From: an uncultured Thermoleophilia bacterium | GTDB lineage: Bacteria; Actinomycetota; Thermoleophilia; UBA2241 | NCBI GenBank assembly: GCA_963702475.1 | Contig: CAVPCT010000003.1 | Span: forward strand, 864,001-928,000 | Direction: 5' to 3' | DNA length: 64,000 nucleotides | In this document: one piece after another, positions 9,468 through 18,639 of the stretch | How the letters are laid out: the number at the start of each line of letters is the position of its first letter | Numbering within the stretch: the stretch's first letter is position 1 | Notes under the pieces: model-generated | What the model was told of the DNA's origin: nothing | Seen by the model: only the letters and a program-made list of their open reading frames with translations | Databases searched by the model: none | Made by a program: the position numbers and the translations under genes

Positions 9468-10202
9468 ATGGACGAGCGAGACCGGCTCCGCTTCGAGCTT
9501 GGGCTGCTCCTCGCGACTGGACGTGAGTTGAGCACCGACATGCAGAGCGAGAACCTTGATCCGCGGGACGTCAATGAGCGCTACCAGCTCTGGTTCACGC
9601 AGACGCTCCGCCTCGTGGAGCGTCTGCTGCCTGAGCGGCGCCGCGAGTTCGAGGGCTACTACCGATCCGATCAAGAGAGCCGCGATCAGGCCGCGACGAT
9701 CTCCGCGATCCTCGGTTCCCTGAGTCGCCCTCGGGCGACCACAGAGAAGCGAGAGGCGCTCGCCGGCCTCTTCGATCCCGGGCTCGAGCAGGCCACGTTC
9801 CTCCATCTGCTCGGCATGCAGCTCGCCATCCTCGCCTCTGCGCTGCCCTCACTGCTCGCGCAGCAGCGACGCCCGGACCGGGGGCTACAGGCAGCGCGGC
9901 TACTGCTCGCGAAGGGGCACCGCCGCGCTGCCGGTGCCCTGGCGGGCGCCGTCCTGGAGAGCCACCTGCTCACAGTGGCGCAACGACACGACGTGGCGCT
10001 CGCGGAGAGCGACGCAGCCAGCGTGTCCCGGCTCGGTCGCGCCCTGCGCAAGGCCGGCGTCTGCGACGCGGCGCGCTCACGGCAGATCAGGCGCCTCGCG
10101 GAGCTCAGCGACTCCTGCGTGCGCAGCGAGAAGAGGATCTCTCCCAAGCTGGTTTCGGAGCTCCTGTCCGGCGTCGAGGAGACCCTCCTGAACGTGTCCT
10201 GA
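9468..10202 (+). CDS. Hypothetical protein with HEPN/DUF4145-like C-terminal domain, catalytic motif degenerate
   Basis: AGGAGG RBS; ARLLL.KG..RAAGALAGAVLESHL...L.KAGV...QIRRLAELSDSC pattern of HEPN-like proteins. Confidence 0.6.
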   Translation: MDERDRLRFELGLLLATGRELSTDMQSENLDPRDVNERYQLWFTQTLRLVERLLPERRREFEGYYRSDQESRDQAATISAILGSLSRPRATTEKREALAGLFDPGLEQATFLHLLGMQLAILASALPSLLAQQRRPDRGLQAARLLLAKGHRRAAGALAGAVLESHLLTVAQRHDVALAESDAASVSRLGRALRKAGVCDAARSRQIRRLAELSDSCVRSEKRISPKLVSELLSGVEETLLNVS

Positions 10203-10582
10203 CGCTTGCCTCCGGGGCGCCCCGACACCAGTGAGGCTGACAGACACCCGGAGGAGCTGGCTTCGGATCAGCCACGTGAAGCGGCTCACGGTCACCCCGC
10301 CCGCGCCGACTCCCACTTCTCAAGGCGCCGTGCGATGTTGCACGTCGGCTTCGCGGCGGCACTCGTCAAGAACGGCCTGCACAGAGCGCTGAGATGAAGG
10401 TCGGCGGCCCGCCGGCGCATGGCCCAAGGTTCCTTCAGGGCGGCGTCCTGTGTGACAGTGGCTGAGGTGTTCTCAAGACGTTTGACAGCTCGCACGTCTG
10501 CGCGTCGTCGGCCGCACCGAGAAGCTGCTGCACATCGCGGTGTGTTTGGCGGGTAACACGTCACCTGTACCTGTGCCGGTCC

Positions 10583-10693
10583 TCAGTCGGCTCGGGCAGG
10601 CGGGCAGACGGCCTTCTCGTCGCGCTCGCTGAGCGCTGTCACGATTGCGAAGGCTTCGCCGCAGACGTTGCACGTGAACGCGGACCTGGGCGC
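10583..10693 (-). pseudogene. Degenerate FmdB-type zinc ribbon paralogue
   Basis: PRSAFTCNVCGEAFAIVTALSERDEKAVCP; no start codon (in-frame TAG upstream); second CxxC broken. Confidence 0.55.
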
Positions 10694-10751
10694 GGTCGCG
10701 CGCTACCAGGCCTGCGCTGGCGCACCTGTGCCCCGCCGCCACGCTCTACGG

Positions 10752-10916
10752 TCAGTACTTGGCGGGCGGCGGCGATGAGAACTCCGCGGTGTACCTCTGC
10801 TCGACCTCGTGGCTGCCGCACTTGGGGCACACCGCCTTCGCGTCGCGCTCCTCCATGTGGCACTTCACCGCGAACTTGCGCTTGCACTGCTTGCACCTGA
10901 ACTCGTAGACGGCCAT
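10752..10916 (-). CDS. FmdB-family zinc ribbon protein (54 aa; not in ORF track)
   Basis: MAVYEFRCKQCKRKF...CPKCGS; GGAGG RBS. Confidence 0.85.
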   Translation of the reverse strand: MAVYEFRCKQCKRKFAVKCHMEERDAKAVCPKCGSHEVEQRYTAEFSSPPPAKY

Positions 10917-11090
10917 CACCGTCACCTCCTACCCTCGCTCGCTGTAGCCTGCGCCCATGGCCTACCCAGAGCGCCGACCTCCCTATCCCAGAGTCGCCTC
11001 AGCCGAGGGCCAGCCCTGCGGGCACTGCTTGCCGGTCTGCGACGCCGGTGCCTGCTCCTCGAGCAGCACGGCCCATTCGCGCCAGGTCGG

Positions 11091-11327
11091 CTACTTCTTC
11101 GTCAGGTAGACGACCCCGCCGATCGTCTTGACCTCGACTTGGTCGGCGACGCCGAGGTTCTTCACGGCGTTGCGAAGACTGGTGGCACCATTTCTCGGGG
11201 CGTTCTCGATCTCTGCGTGCGCGTCCTTGCCCTTGAGGAACTCCTGCACGAGAAGCGTGTACTCGCTCGTCCTATGCCTTTGCGGCAGTTCTGCGACGGG
11301 CTTCAACTTCAGCTTCGGCTTCGCCAT
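11091..11327 (-). CDS. Small basic hypothetical protein (78 aa)
   Basis: AAGGAG RBS, good codon bias, Lys-rich. Confidence 0.7.
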   Translation of the reverse strand: MAKPKLKLKPVAELPQRHRTSEYTLLVQEFLKGKDAHAEIENAPRNGATSLRNAVKNLGVADQVEVKTIGGVVYLTKK

Positions 11328-11754
11328 CTTCCGACTCTCCTTCACCTGCGGTGGGAGCAGACACGAACGAAGCTTCCCATAGCCACCGGGTCAGACGCCA
11401 TGACGGTGATGCGTTTGACGTGACGCAAGACTCGCGAGCCCGCAGTCCCAAGCTTGACCTGACCCCGCTCCTTGGTCCACTTCCTGTGAGAGCGCGAGAG
11501 CTGGTCAGCGTGTGGGTACTCGGAGGGCGTTGCCCTTGCGCGCGAACTCAGTGGTGGCGCCCGCGGTCAGTGTGAGAAGTCCAGTCGGTCGCGTCGGCAT
11601 GTCGGCACGCCCTGCGGCGCACTGAGGACGCCTGACACGATCTTCAGTCGACCCTGACCGTGCCTGCCGTACCCCTCCAGCCTCCACACAGCCCCATGCA
11701 GCGTCACCATCTCCACTGTTTCTGACGGGCCTGTTGGCACGGCCCGAGGGCGCC

Positions 11755-11785
11755 TGCGCCGCAGGTTATGCCCAACACGTTGGCT
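11755..11785 (+). mobile_element. attC-like right half (L'/R', core GTTGGCT)
   Basis: cgcaggttatgcccaacac-GTTGGCT located 17 nt before the lipoprotein ATG. Confidence 0.55.
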
Positions 11786-11802
11786 GGACGGGGGGCCGTG
11801 CC

Positions 11803-12345
11803 ATGCGTAAGGGAGGACTCCAGTTCGCTTTGGTGCTGCTGGCACTACTTGTCGCTGCCGCGTCCGGTTGCGGGGGTGGAGCAACGGGCAGCTCGGCATC
11901 CGGCTCGCCTGCAACCGCGAGCGTCTCTCCCCGCGCCACTGTGACCAGCGAGGCGGACGCTCTGACCTCTGCCCTCTACAACTTCACCTTCATGACCAGT
12001 ACGTACGAGCCCAAAGGCGATGTCGTCGCAGAGGGGACGCCACGAGTCTTCGCCGCCGCCGTTGACAAGGTCGACGTCGACCGACGTGAGATCACCTTCG
12101 ACGTCGTCAAGCTCGAGGATGCCGACCGAGAAGCCGGCGGCATTGTCGACAACGCCATCGTCTACCGCAACGACGTCCGTCATCGTCAGACCCTGCGGCT
12201 CGCTTCGGGCGTGCTGCCCATCTACCCGCGAGCAGGTGGCGTCTGGACGCTCGAACGCTTCGCGAAGACCGTCCCCCGCGCGGCGTGTTGGATGGCCGTG
12301 GAGCGCGGGAGAATCCGCATGCTCGTGCCGTTCGGGAATCCCTGA
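11803..12345 (+). CDS. Hypothetical lipoprotein (probable gene cassette)
   Basis: Lipobox-like ASG-C after a hydrophobic stretch; Ser/Ala linker. Confidence 0.75.
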   Translation: MRKGGLQFALVLLALLVAAASGCGGGATGSSASGSPATASVSPRATVTSEADALTSALYNFTFMTSTYEPKGDVVAEGTPRVFAAAVDKVDVDRREITFDVVKLEDADREAGGIVDNAIVYRNDVRHRQTLRLASGVLPIYPRAGGVWTLERFAKTVPRAACWMAVERGRIRMLVPFGNP

Positions 12346-12373
12346 GGCCGGGTCCGAGGGCGCTGATCCGCGC

Positions 12374-12399
12374 AGCCAACAGCGCATCAACCTGTCGCG
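12374..12399 (+). mobile_element. attC-like left half (inverse core AGCCAAC, L'' gcatcaacctg)
   Basis: AGCCAAC is the exact reverse complement of GTTGGCT at 11779; gcat(c)aacctg pairs with caggttatgc leaving one extra base. Confidence 0.55.
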
Positions 12400-12409
12400 A
12401 CCAACGGCT

Positions 12410-12526
12410 TCTGCTCTGTGCTGCCTCTACACTGACCTCGCCAATCCGACGTCGAACAAGATCTACCAGGCGATCGGTTATCGCCCGGTGTGCGATGCGG
12501 CGGAGTATCACCTTGGGGCCGGCTAA
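12410..12526 (+). pseudogene. C-terminal fragment of a GNAT acetyltransferase
   Basis: CCLYTDLANPTSNKIYQAIGYRPV motif; stop TAA lies inside GGCTAAC. Confidence 0.75.
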
Positions 12527-12592
12527 CAAGCGGATCTTGGTGCGTCAGCCCGAACCGACTCTGTTCACACACCCGTAAGGAGATCTTCCACA

Positions 12593-13339
12593 GTGGACAT
12601 CCCGCGGATCTTCACCATCACCGAGAGCGCCCACCGCATCCACGATCCGATCACACCCGAGAAGCTCGCCACGCTCGGCGCGGCGCTGCGTCTCGAATCG
12701 GGAACCCGGGTGCTCGACCTCGGCAGCGGTTCGGGGGAGATGCTGTGCACCTGGGCGCGCGATCACGGCGTCAGCGGCACCGGCATCGACATGAGCCGGT
12801 CGTTCACCGAGCAGGCGAGACGCCGTGCTGAAGAGCTCGGCGTCGCCGATCGAGTCAAGTTCATCCACGGCGATGCCGCCGGCTACGTCTCTGACGAGAA
12901 GGCCGGCGTGGCGGCCTGTCTCGGTGCCACGTGGATCGGCGGGGGAGTCGCCGGCACCATCGAGCTCCTGGCGCGCAGCCTGCGCACCGGAGGGATCGTC
13001 CTCATCGGCGAGCCCTACTGGCGGCAGGTGCCGCCGACGGAAGACGTCGCCAAGGGGTGTCTTGCCGGCTCGATCTCCGACTTCCTCCTGCTTCCGGAGC
13101 TTCTCGCGTCGTTCGGCCACCTTGGCTACGACGTCGTCGAGATGGTCCTGGCCGACCAGGACGGCTGGGACAGATACGAGGCGGCCAAATGGCTCACCAT
13201 GCGCCGCTGGCTCGAAGCCAATCCCGACGACGAACTCGCGGAAGCCGTTCGAGCCCAACTGACCGCGGAACCCGAGCGCTACGCCGCGTACACGCGTGCA
13301 TACCTGGGCTGGGGTGTGTTCGCGCTGATGCCGCGGTGA
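12593..13339 (+). CDS. yjhP: SAM-dependent methyltransferase, YjhP-like
   Basis: MDIPRIFTITESAHRIH.P.TPEKLATLG, VLDLGSGSG, GWDRYEAAKW, YLGWGVFAL; AAGGAG RBS. Confidence 0.85.
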   Translation: MDIPRIFTITESAHRIHDPITPEKLATLGAALRLESGTRVLDLGSGSGEMLCTWARDHGVSGTGIDMSRSFTEQARRRAEELGVADRVKFIHGDAAGYVSDEKAGVAACLGATWIGGGVAGTIELLARSLRTGGIVLIGEPYWRQVPPTEDVAKGCLAGSISDFLLLPELLASFGHLGYDVVEMVLADQDGWDRYEAAKWLTMRRWLEANPDDELAEAVRAQLTAEPERYAAYTRAYLGWGVFALMPR

Positions 13340-13489
13340 TGCGGTGGCGCATCAGGCGGATCGTCAACGGCTGTGCCGCGCAACAGCTGGTGGCTCGCCG
13401 AGATGTGATTGCGCCTGAATCCATTTCTTATGGTCTAGTCATCCGTCCTGAGTCCAAGTACGAAGTGCAACACCGGCGCCGCTGACGCC

Positions 13490-13700
13490 GGCCCCCACCC
13501 CTCCGCCAGTACTAGCCCGGCGATGCACTCCGCCGCCTCCTCCTGCAGCACCAGAGTGGCGTGCGTGTGACGCAGGTCGTGCAAGCGGATTCCCGGCAGC
13601 CGTGAACGCTTCACCGCCGCGCGGAAGAAGCGGCTCACGACCTCCGGATGCCAGGCTTCGCCGTCCTCCTTGGTGAACACGAGGCCGGTGTCGATCCCTG
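13490..13700 (-). pseudogene. Tyrosine recombinase/integrase remnant with internal deletion
   Basis: GLVFTKEDG..HP...IRLHDLRHTHATL joined directly to QEEAA.IAGLV; the LGH..TxxY catalytic segment is missing. Confidence 0.85.
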
Positions 13701-13942
13701 CGCCTCGGGTGCGCCCGCGAGGTGCTGATATGGCCGCAGAACGCTGGACAGCCGGGGGGAGGTGCTACGCTGACCCTCGGAGGAGGGGCAGCACGGACGG
13801 GAGTCCGGCCTTGACCGCCGCGTCCTTCTCGTGGAGGCGGATCAGGTGGTTCGCTGCAGCGCCGGCGGCCCTACGGGCAGGCGTCGCGCTCGCAGCACGT
13901 CGCGGTGCGCCGCCCGAATAGACGGAGGAACGGAGCGAGGAC

Positions 13943-14704
13943 ATGCGTGACTTGAGCTTCTACCGGCAGGTGGATCATCTGCAGAAGGACTGTCGCGGCC
14001 GAGCTCTCAGTCTTCCTGTGTTCTACTACGACGTCACCGCCGTCATGGCAGGATTCTTGACTCCGCTCGAAAAGGTACAAGCCTTGCTGCCATCACCGCG
14101 CATGAAGCCACTACGGGCGACTCCCTGGCACGCCGTGACCATGATCTCCTGCTTCGAGTACCGCGACAGCGATGCAGGTCCTTATAACGAGGTAGCCATC
14201 GCGTTCCCGTTCACCCTGGACAAGTCAGCGCCGGTACTGACCGGCCTCCTCGGCGAGATCAAGCGAGGGCCACTTTCATATGTGTACAAGTTGCCGGTGA
14301 CCACCGAGTCCGCGTATCAATTTGGCGTGGACTTCTACAACTACCCCAAGTTCATGGCGAGCATCGACTTCACCCGCAAGAGCGACTGGATTCGGTGCCG
14401 GCTGGCGGAGGGCGATCGACACATCCTCACCCTGTCCGCTCGACAGCTCGCCGTGCACCCCTCTCCTCGCTGGCGCTTCCATGGGATCACGACTCGTGAC
14501 GACCTCATCCTTCGCAGCGAGGTCATCGTGAATGTCCGCAACCAGGCCTTCTCGAGAAACCCTGGCCACGTCAGGCTGGAGCTAGGCGATCATGAACTCG
14601 GCAAGGAACTACGCCAGTTGGATCTGGGTCGCATGGTCCACTATCAGTACCTACCGGAATGCCAGACCATCCTGAGCGGAGTCGTCGAAAGCTACGACAT
14701 GTGA
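13943..14704 (+). CDS. Acetoacetate decarboxylase-like family protein
   Basis: EYRDSDAGPYNEVAIA, LPVTT, G...YNYPK motifs. Confidence 0.85.
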   Translation: MRDLSFYRQVDHLQKDCRGRALSLPVFYYDVTAVMAGFLTPLEKVQALLPSPRMKPLRATPWHAVTMISCFEYRDSDAGPYNEVAIAFPFTLDKSAPVLTGLLGEIKRGPLSYVYKLPVTTESAYQFGVDFYNYPKFMASIDFTRKSDWIRCRLAEGDRHILTLSARQLAVHPSPRWRFHGITTRDDLILRSEVIVNVRNQAFSRNPGHVRLELGDHELGKELRQLDLGRMVHYQYLPECQTILSGVVESYDM

Positions 14705-14780
14705 ACAGCCGGAATACGCCGATGCTGCAGTCCAGGAGTCGTCGAACCTTGGCAGGCCCCGGTCTTCACCACGCGCGACA

Positions 14781-14817
14781 GAGGGGGCGGGAGGCGCCAT
14801 CGGCCTCCCGCCCCCTC
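14781..14817. terminator. Hairpin between convergent genes
   Basis: gagggggcgggaggc...gcctcccgccccctc inverted repeat. Confidence 0.65.
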
Positions 14818-14858
14818 CTCGTCGTTCGGCGCCCCGGGATACCCGGGACGACTCCCGT

Positions 14859-17186
14859 CTACTCGATCACAGTGGTGCGCGCGTTCTCGCGACGGTAGGC
14901 GGGCTGAAGCTGCGGCCGGAAGGCAGGCGCGGGGACGCCGCCGGGCCGGCGCGTGGAGGGCGCGTGCCCCTCGACGCTCACGTTCGGCAGCCACTGGAGC
15001 CAGCGCGGCAGGTACCAGTTCCAGTCGCCGAGCAGTTCCATACCCGCCGGCACGATGATCGTCCTCACCACGGTGGCGTCGAGGAAGATCGCGACGGCGA
15101 GACCGAACCCCATCTGCTGGAACATGACCAGCTCGCCGGTGGCCATGCCGCCGAAGACGCAGACCATGATGGCAGCGGCGCCGGTGATGATGCCGGCGGT
15201 GCGGCCGATGCCGTGAGCCACGGCCTCGCGCGTGTCGCCGGTCTCGTCGAAGCGTTCCTTGATGCGGCTCAGGAGGAAGACCTGGTAGTCCATCGAGAGG
15301 CCGAAGAGCAGGCTGAAGAGGAAGAGCGGCACCCAAGCTTCGATGGTGTCGACCTGGGTGAAGCCGAGGAGGTCGGCGCCGACGCCCATCTGGAAGACGA
15401 GCACCAGCAGCCCGTAGGCGGCGGCCACGCTGAGCAGGTTCATGAGGATGGCCTTGGCCGCGATCACGAGCGAGCGGAAGGCGACGAGCAGGAGCACGAA
15501 GCTGAGGCTCAGGACGACGGCCAGCGCGATCGGCAGCCAGGTGTCGAAGAAGCCCAGGTAGTCGACGACGCCGGCCGTGGTGCCGGCGACGTACACGTGG
15601 GCGGTGGTGGCGCCGAAGGCCGTCGGTACGACGCGCTCACGCAGGTTCTTGACGACGTCCTGCGTGGCCGCGCCGGCGGGGTCGCCGGCCAGCGGCGCCG
15701 AGAGCACGGTGAGGTCGCCGGCCTCGCTGACGGCGACCTGCGCGGGCCCGAAGCGGCCGTCGTCCGCGAGTGCGGTCTGGAGGCGGGCGACGCCGTCCTT
15801 GACGGCGACCGCGTCCGCCGGTCCGTCGACGACGACCTGCACGGGGTTCGCCGTGCCGAGCGAGAAGTCGCGGTCGAGGATGTCCCAGCCCTGCTTCGCG
15901 TACTGGTCGTCGGGGTAGCCGGTCGCGCTCATGCCGGTGCTGCCGGTCTGCATGAAGAAGATGGGCGAGGCGGCCAGGAGGAGCAGGGCCACGGCGCCGG
16001 CGAGCCAGATCACGGGCCGCCGCATGATGCTGTGGGAGAGGCGCTCCCAGACGCCCTCGCGGCCGTGGGCGCGGCGCGCGGCGAGGCGCCCGACGAAGGG
16101 CAGGCGCAGGGCGTTCACGCGGTCGCCGAGCAGGCCCATCACGGCGGGCAGCAGGGTGAGCGCGGTGAGCAGCGTGGTCGCGACGACGAGCATCGCGCCG
16201 ACGCCCATGCTGATCGTTATGTCGACCGGCACCACGACCATGCCGAGCATGGCGAGCACGACGGTCAGGCCGCTGAAGAAGATGGCGCGGTTGGCGGTGG
16301 CGCCGGTGGCGGCGATGGCGTCGATCTTCTCGAGGCCGCGGGCGCGCTCCTCGCGGTAGCGGCTGATGATGAACAGCGTGTAGTCGATGCCGACCGCGAG
16401 ACCCATCGTGGTGAGGATGTTCAGCATGAAGACGTTCATGGGGTAGAGCTGCCCGATGAGACCGGCGAGGACCAGCGCCAGGAGGATGCTGATGATGCTG
16501 AGCACCAGCGGCATGAACGCGGCCAGCACGGCGCCGAACACTACGAGCAGGACGACGAGCGCGACCGGCACGCCGAAGACCTCGGCTCGCTCCATGTCGC
16601 TCTTGGCCAGCTCGTTGCCCATGCGGTTCAGGCTGGCCGCGCCCGTCTGGGCGAGGGTGAAGCCGTCGCCGCCGCTCCGGCCGACCAGGCTATGCAGCGA
16701 CGCGACGTTCTCGAGGGCGTCGTCCGTGTCGCCCGCCATCACGACGGCGATGAGAGTCGAACGCTTGTCCTGCGACACCATCGTCGGATCGCCGGTCCGG
16801 TAGTAGGTCGCGGCGCCCTCGACGACCGCGGGGCCGAGGTCCTGGATCTTGCCGGCGAGGCCCGTCACGTACGCCTCGTAGACCGGGTCGTCGACGGTCC
16901 GGGCGGCGGACTGGACGATGACGAAGTCCGTCATCCTCTGCGCGCCGGTCATGCGCTCCTCGATGAGCTGCTGCGCGATGGCGCTGTCCGGCTGCGTGCC
17001 GTGCTGCTTCGACGTTGACGTGAGCCCGCTGCCGAGCAGGGGGCCCATGCTGAGGACGGCGATCACGATGACGGCCAGCCAGATCCCGATGGTGCGCCAC
17101 GGATGGGTGGCGCAGCTGCGCGCGAGGCGCTCGGTGAATCCGCTGGTCCCGGACGTGCTGTGCGTGTCCCACCTACGCTGCGACAT
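14859..17186 (-). CDS. MMPL family (RND) transporter
   Basis: GLAVGIDYTLFIISRYREE, FGLSMDYQVFLLSRIKE and LLGDWNWYLP motifs; AGGAGG RBS. Confidence 0.95.
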   Translation of the reverse strand: MSQRRWDTHSTSGTSGFTERLARSCATHPWRTIGIWLAVIVIAVLSMGPLLGSGLTSTSKQHGTQPDSAIAQQLIEERMTGAQRMTDFVIVQSAARTVDDPVYEAYVTGLAGKIQDLGPAVVEGAATYYRTGDPTMVSQDKRSTLIAVVMAGDTDDALENVASLHSLVGRSGGDGFTLAQTGAASLNRMGNELAKSDMERAEVFGVPVALVVLLVVFGAVLAAFMPLVLSIISILLALVLAGLIGQLYPMNVFMLNILTTMGLAVGIDYTLFIISRYREERARGLEKIDAIAATGATANRAIFFSGLTVVLAMLGMVVVPVDITISMGVGAMLVVATTLLTALTLLPAVMGLLGDRVNALRLPFVGRLAARRAHGREGVWERLSHSIMRRPVIWLAGAVALLLLAASPIFFMQTGSTGMSATGYPDDQYAKQGWDILDRDFSLGTANPVQVVVDGPADAVAVKDGVARLQTALADDGRFGPAQVAVSEAGDLTVLSAPLAGDPAGAATQDVVKNLRERVVPTAFGATTAHVYVAGTTAGVVDYLGFFDTWLPIALAVVLSLSFVLLLVAFRSLVIAAKAILMNLLSVAAAYGLLVLVFQMGVGADLLGFTQVDTIEAWVPLFLFSLLFGLSMDYQVFLLSRIKERFDETGDTREAVAHGIGRTAGIITGAAAIMVCVFGGMATGELVMFQQMGFGLAVAIFLDATVVRTIIVPAGMELLGDWNWYLPRWLQWLPNVSVEGHAPSTRRPGGVPAPAFRPQLQPAYRRENARTTVIE

Positions 17187-17399
17187 GACCACTCCTCCTG
17201 CGGTATGAGCGGATTCCTTCGTATTGGGCGGTCGCCCAGCGCATGCCGACGTCGCCGGCGTCGGGCTGCGCGGGGTGAGGGTGCAGCGCGCAGGCGTGAC
17301 CGACGAGCACGGCACGATCCACGGGACCGCCGCGACGCACGGGTCCCGGTGAATGGACCGTGCTGGCCCACGAGCTGAAGAGAACGGCGCTGGACTCGT

Positions 17400-17810
17400 T
17401 CATGACAGACGCCCTGTGGCCTCACCAGCAGCCTTCGTGCAGGGCTGCAGGACGCCGACGACGACGTCGGGTGGATCCACTTTGCTGACGAACCCGTCGG
17501 CGCCGGCCGCCAGGGCGGCCGGACGCATCTGCGGGCGCAGCCCGATGACGACGATGCGCAGACCCGGCGAACAGGCGCGCAGGCCCGCCAGCACGGATGT
17601 GGACCGGGCCAGCAGGTCCCAGTCCACGATCACGAGGTCCGGGCGGTGGGCCAGCACCTGGCGTTGCAGCGTCTGCAGCGTGCCGGCTTCGTCGACCACC
17701 TGCATGCCGAGGCCCTGCGTCACCAGGATGCGAAGAGCATCCCGGACCGCGGGCTGGCCGTCGGCCAGGACCGTGCGCATGCTCCCAGGCTGTTCTCCAG
17801 TTGCTCCCAT
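17400..17810 (-). CDS. Single-domain response regulator receiver
   Basis: VLAD..., PDLVIVD, AGADGFVSK; no output domain; start may be 17780. Confidence 0.75.
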   Translation of the reverse strand: MGATGEQPGSMRTVLADGQPAVRDALRILVTQGLGMQVVDEAGTLQTLQRQVLAHRPDLVIVDWDLLARSTSVLAGLRACSPGLRIVVIGLRPQMRPAALAAGADGFVSKVDPPDVVVGVLQPCTKAAGEATGRLS

Positions 17811-18000
17811 CGCAGCTACAGCCTAGGCTTGGGACCCTCTCGCGCGCGCCCGCCACGCGGCGAGACTTGTGCCTGACAGACTGGCGAGTCCGTGGCCTGG
17901 CCAGGTGGCGAGGTAGACCACCGGTGCCCGACCTGCAGCATCGCCTTTCTCGTGGCCGTGATTGCGGCTATCCTGCCTACGGGAAGTGAGGGGAGGCACG

Positions 18001-18639
18001 ATGGGTGACGGCCGTGCCATCAAGGTCATGATCGTCGATGACCACGCAGTCGTGCGCAGCGGGCTCTCTACGTTCCTGCTGGCGTTCGACGACCTCGAGC
18101 ACGTGGGCGACGCCACCGGGGGCGCGGAAGCTGTCAGCAAGTGCATGTCTTTGCATCCCGATGTGGTGCTCATGGACCTCGTCATGCCCGAGGTGGACGG
18201 CGCAGAGGCGACCCGCCGCATCAAGGCGGCCTGCCCCGAGGTCCAGGTGATCGCCCTCACCAGCTACAAGGAGGACGACCTGGTTCAGGGCGCGCTCAAG
18301 GCCGGAGCCCTCAGCTACCTTCTCAAGAACGTCACGGCCGACGAGCTCGCCGACGCGATCCGCAAGGCGCACGCCGGCCGCCCTACGCTCGCGCCGGAGG
18401 CGGCTCAGGTGCTCATCAAGGCGGCGACCGAGCCGGCGCAGGAGGAGGGCCTCACGTTGCGGGAGCTGGAGATCCTCAAGCTCATGGTGCACGGAGACAC
18501 CAACCCCGACATAGCCGCGAAGCTCTTCGTCAGCCGGTCCACCGTCAAGTTCCACGTCAGCAACATCCTGATGAAGCTGGGCACTGCGACTCGTACCGAG
18601 GCGGTCGCCGTGGCCGTGCAGCGTAGGCTCGTGGAATGA
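18001..18639 (+). CDS. NarL/LuxR-family DNA-binding response regulator
   Basis: VDDHAVVR, DVVLMD, LT.RELEIL...N..IA..LFVS.STVK.HVSNI. Confidence 0.95.
   Translation: MGDGRAIKVMIVDDHAVVRSGLSTFLLAFDDLEHVGDATGGAEAVSKCMSLHPDVVLMDLVMPEVDGAEATRRIKAACPEVQVIALTSYKEDDLVQGALKAGALSYLLKNVTADELADAIRKAHAGRPTLAPEAAQVLIKAATEPAQEEGLTLRELEILKLMVHGDTNPDIAAKLFVSRSTVKFHVSNILMKLGTATRTEAVAVAVQRRLVE

Noticed and set aside
11450-11470. ttgacctgacccc as a REP/IS end or raiA RNA fragment
   Set aside because: Single short occurrence with no partner repeat or other conserved elements.
13435-13700. Active integrase or integron integrase IntI
   Set aside because: Short fragment lacking the N-terminus and the catalytic Tyr segment; resembles phage/ICE-type integrases, with no IntI-specific region visible.
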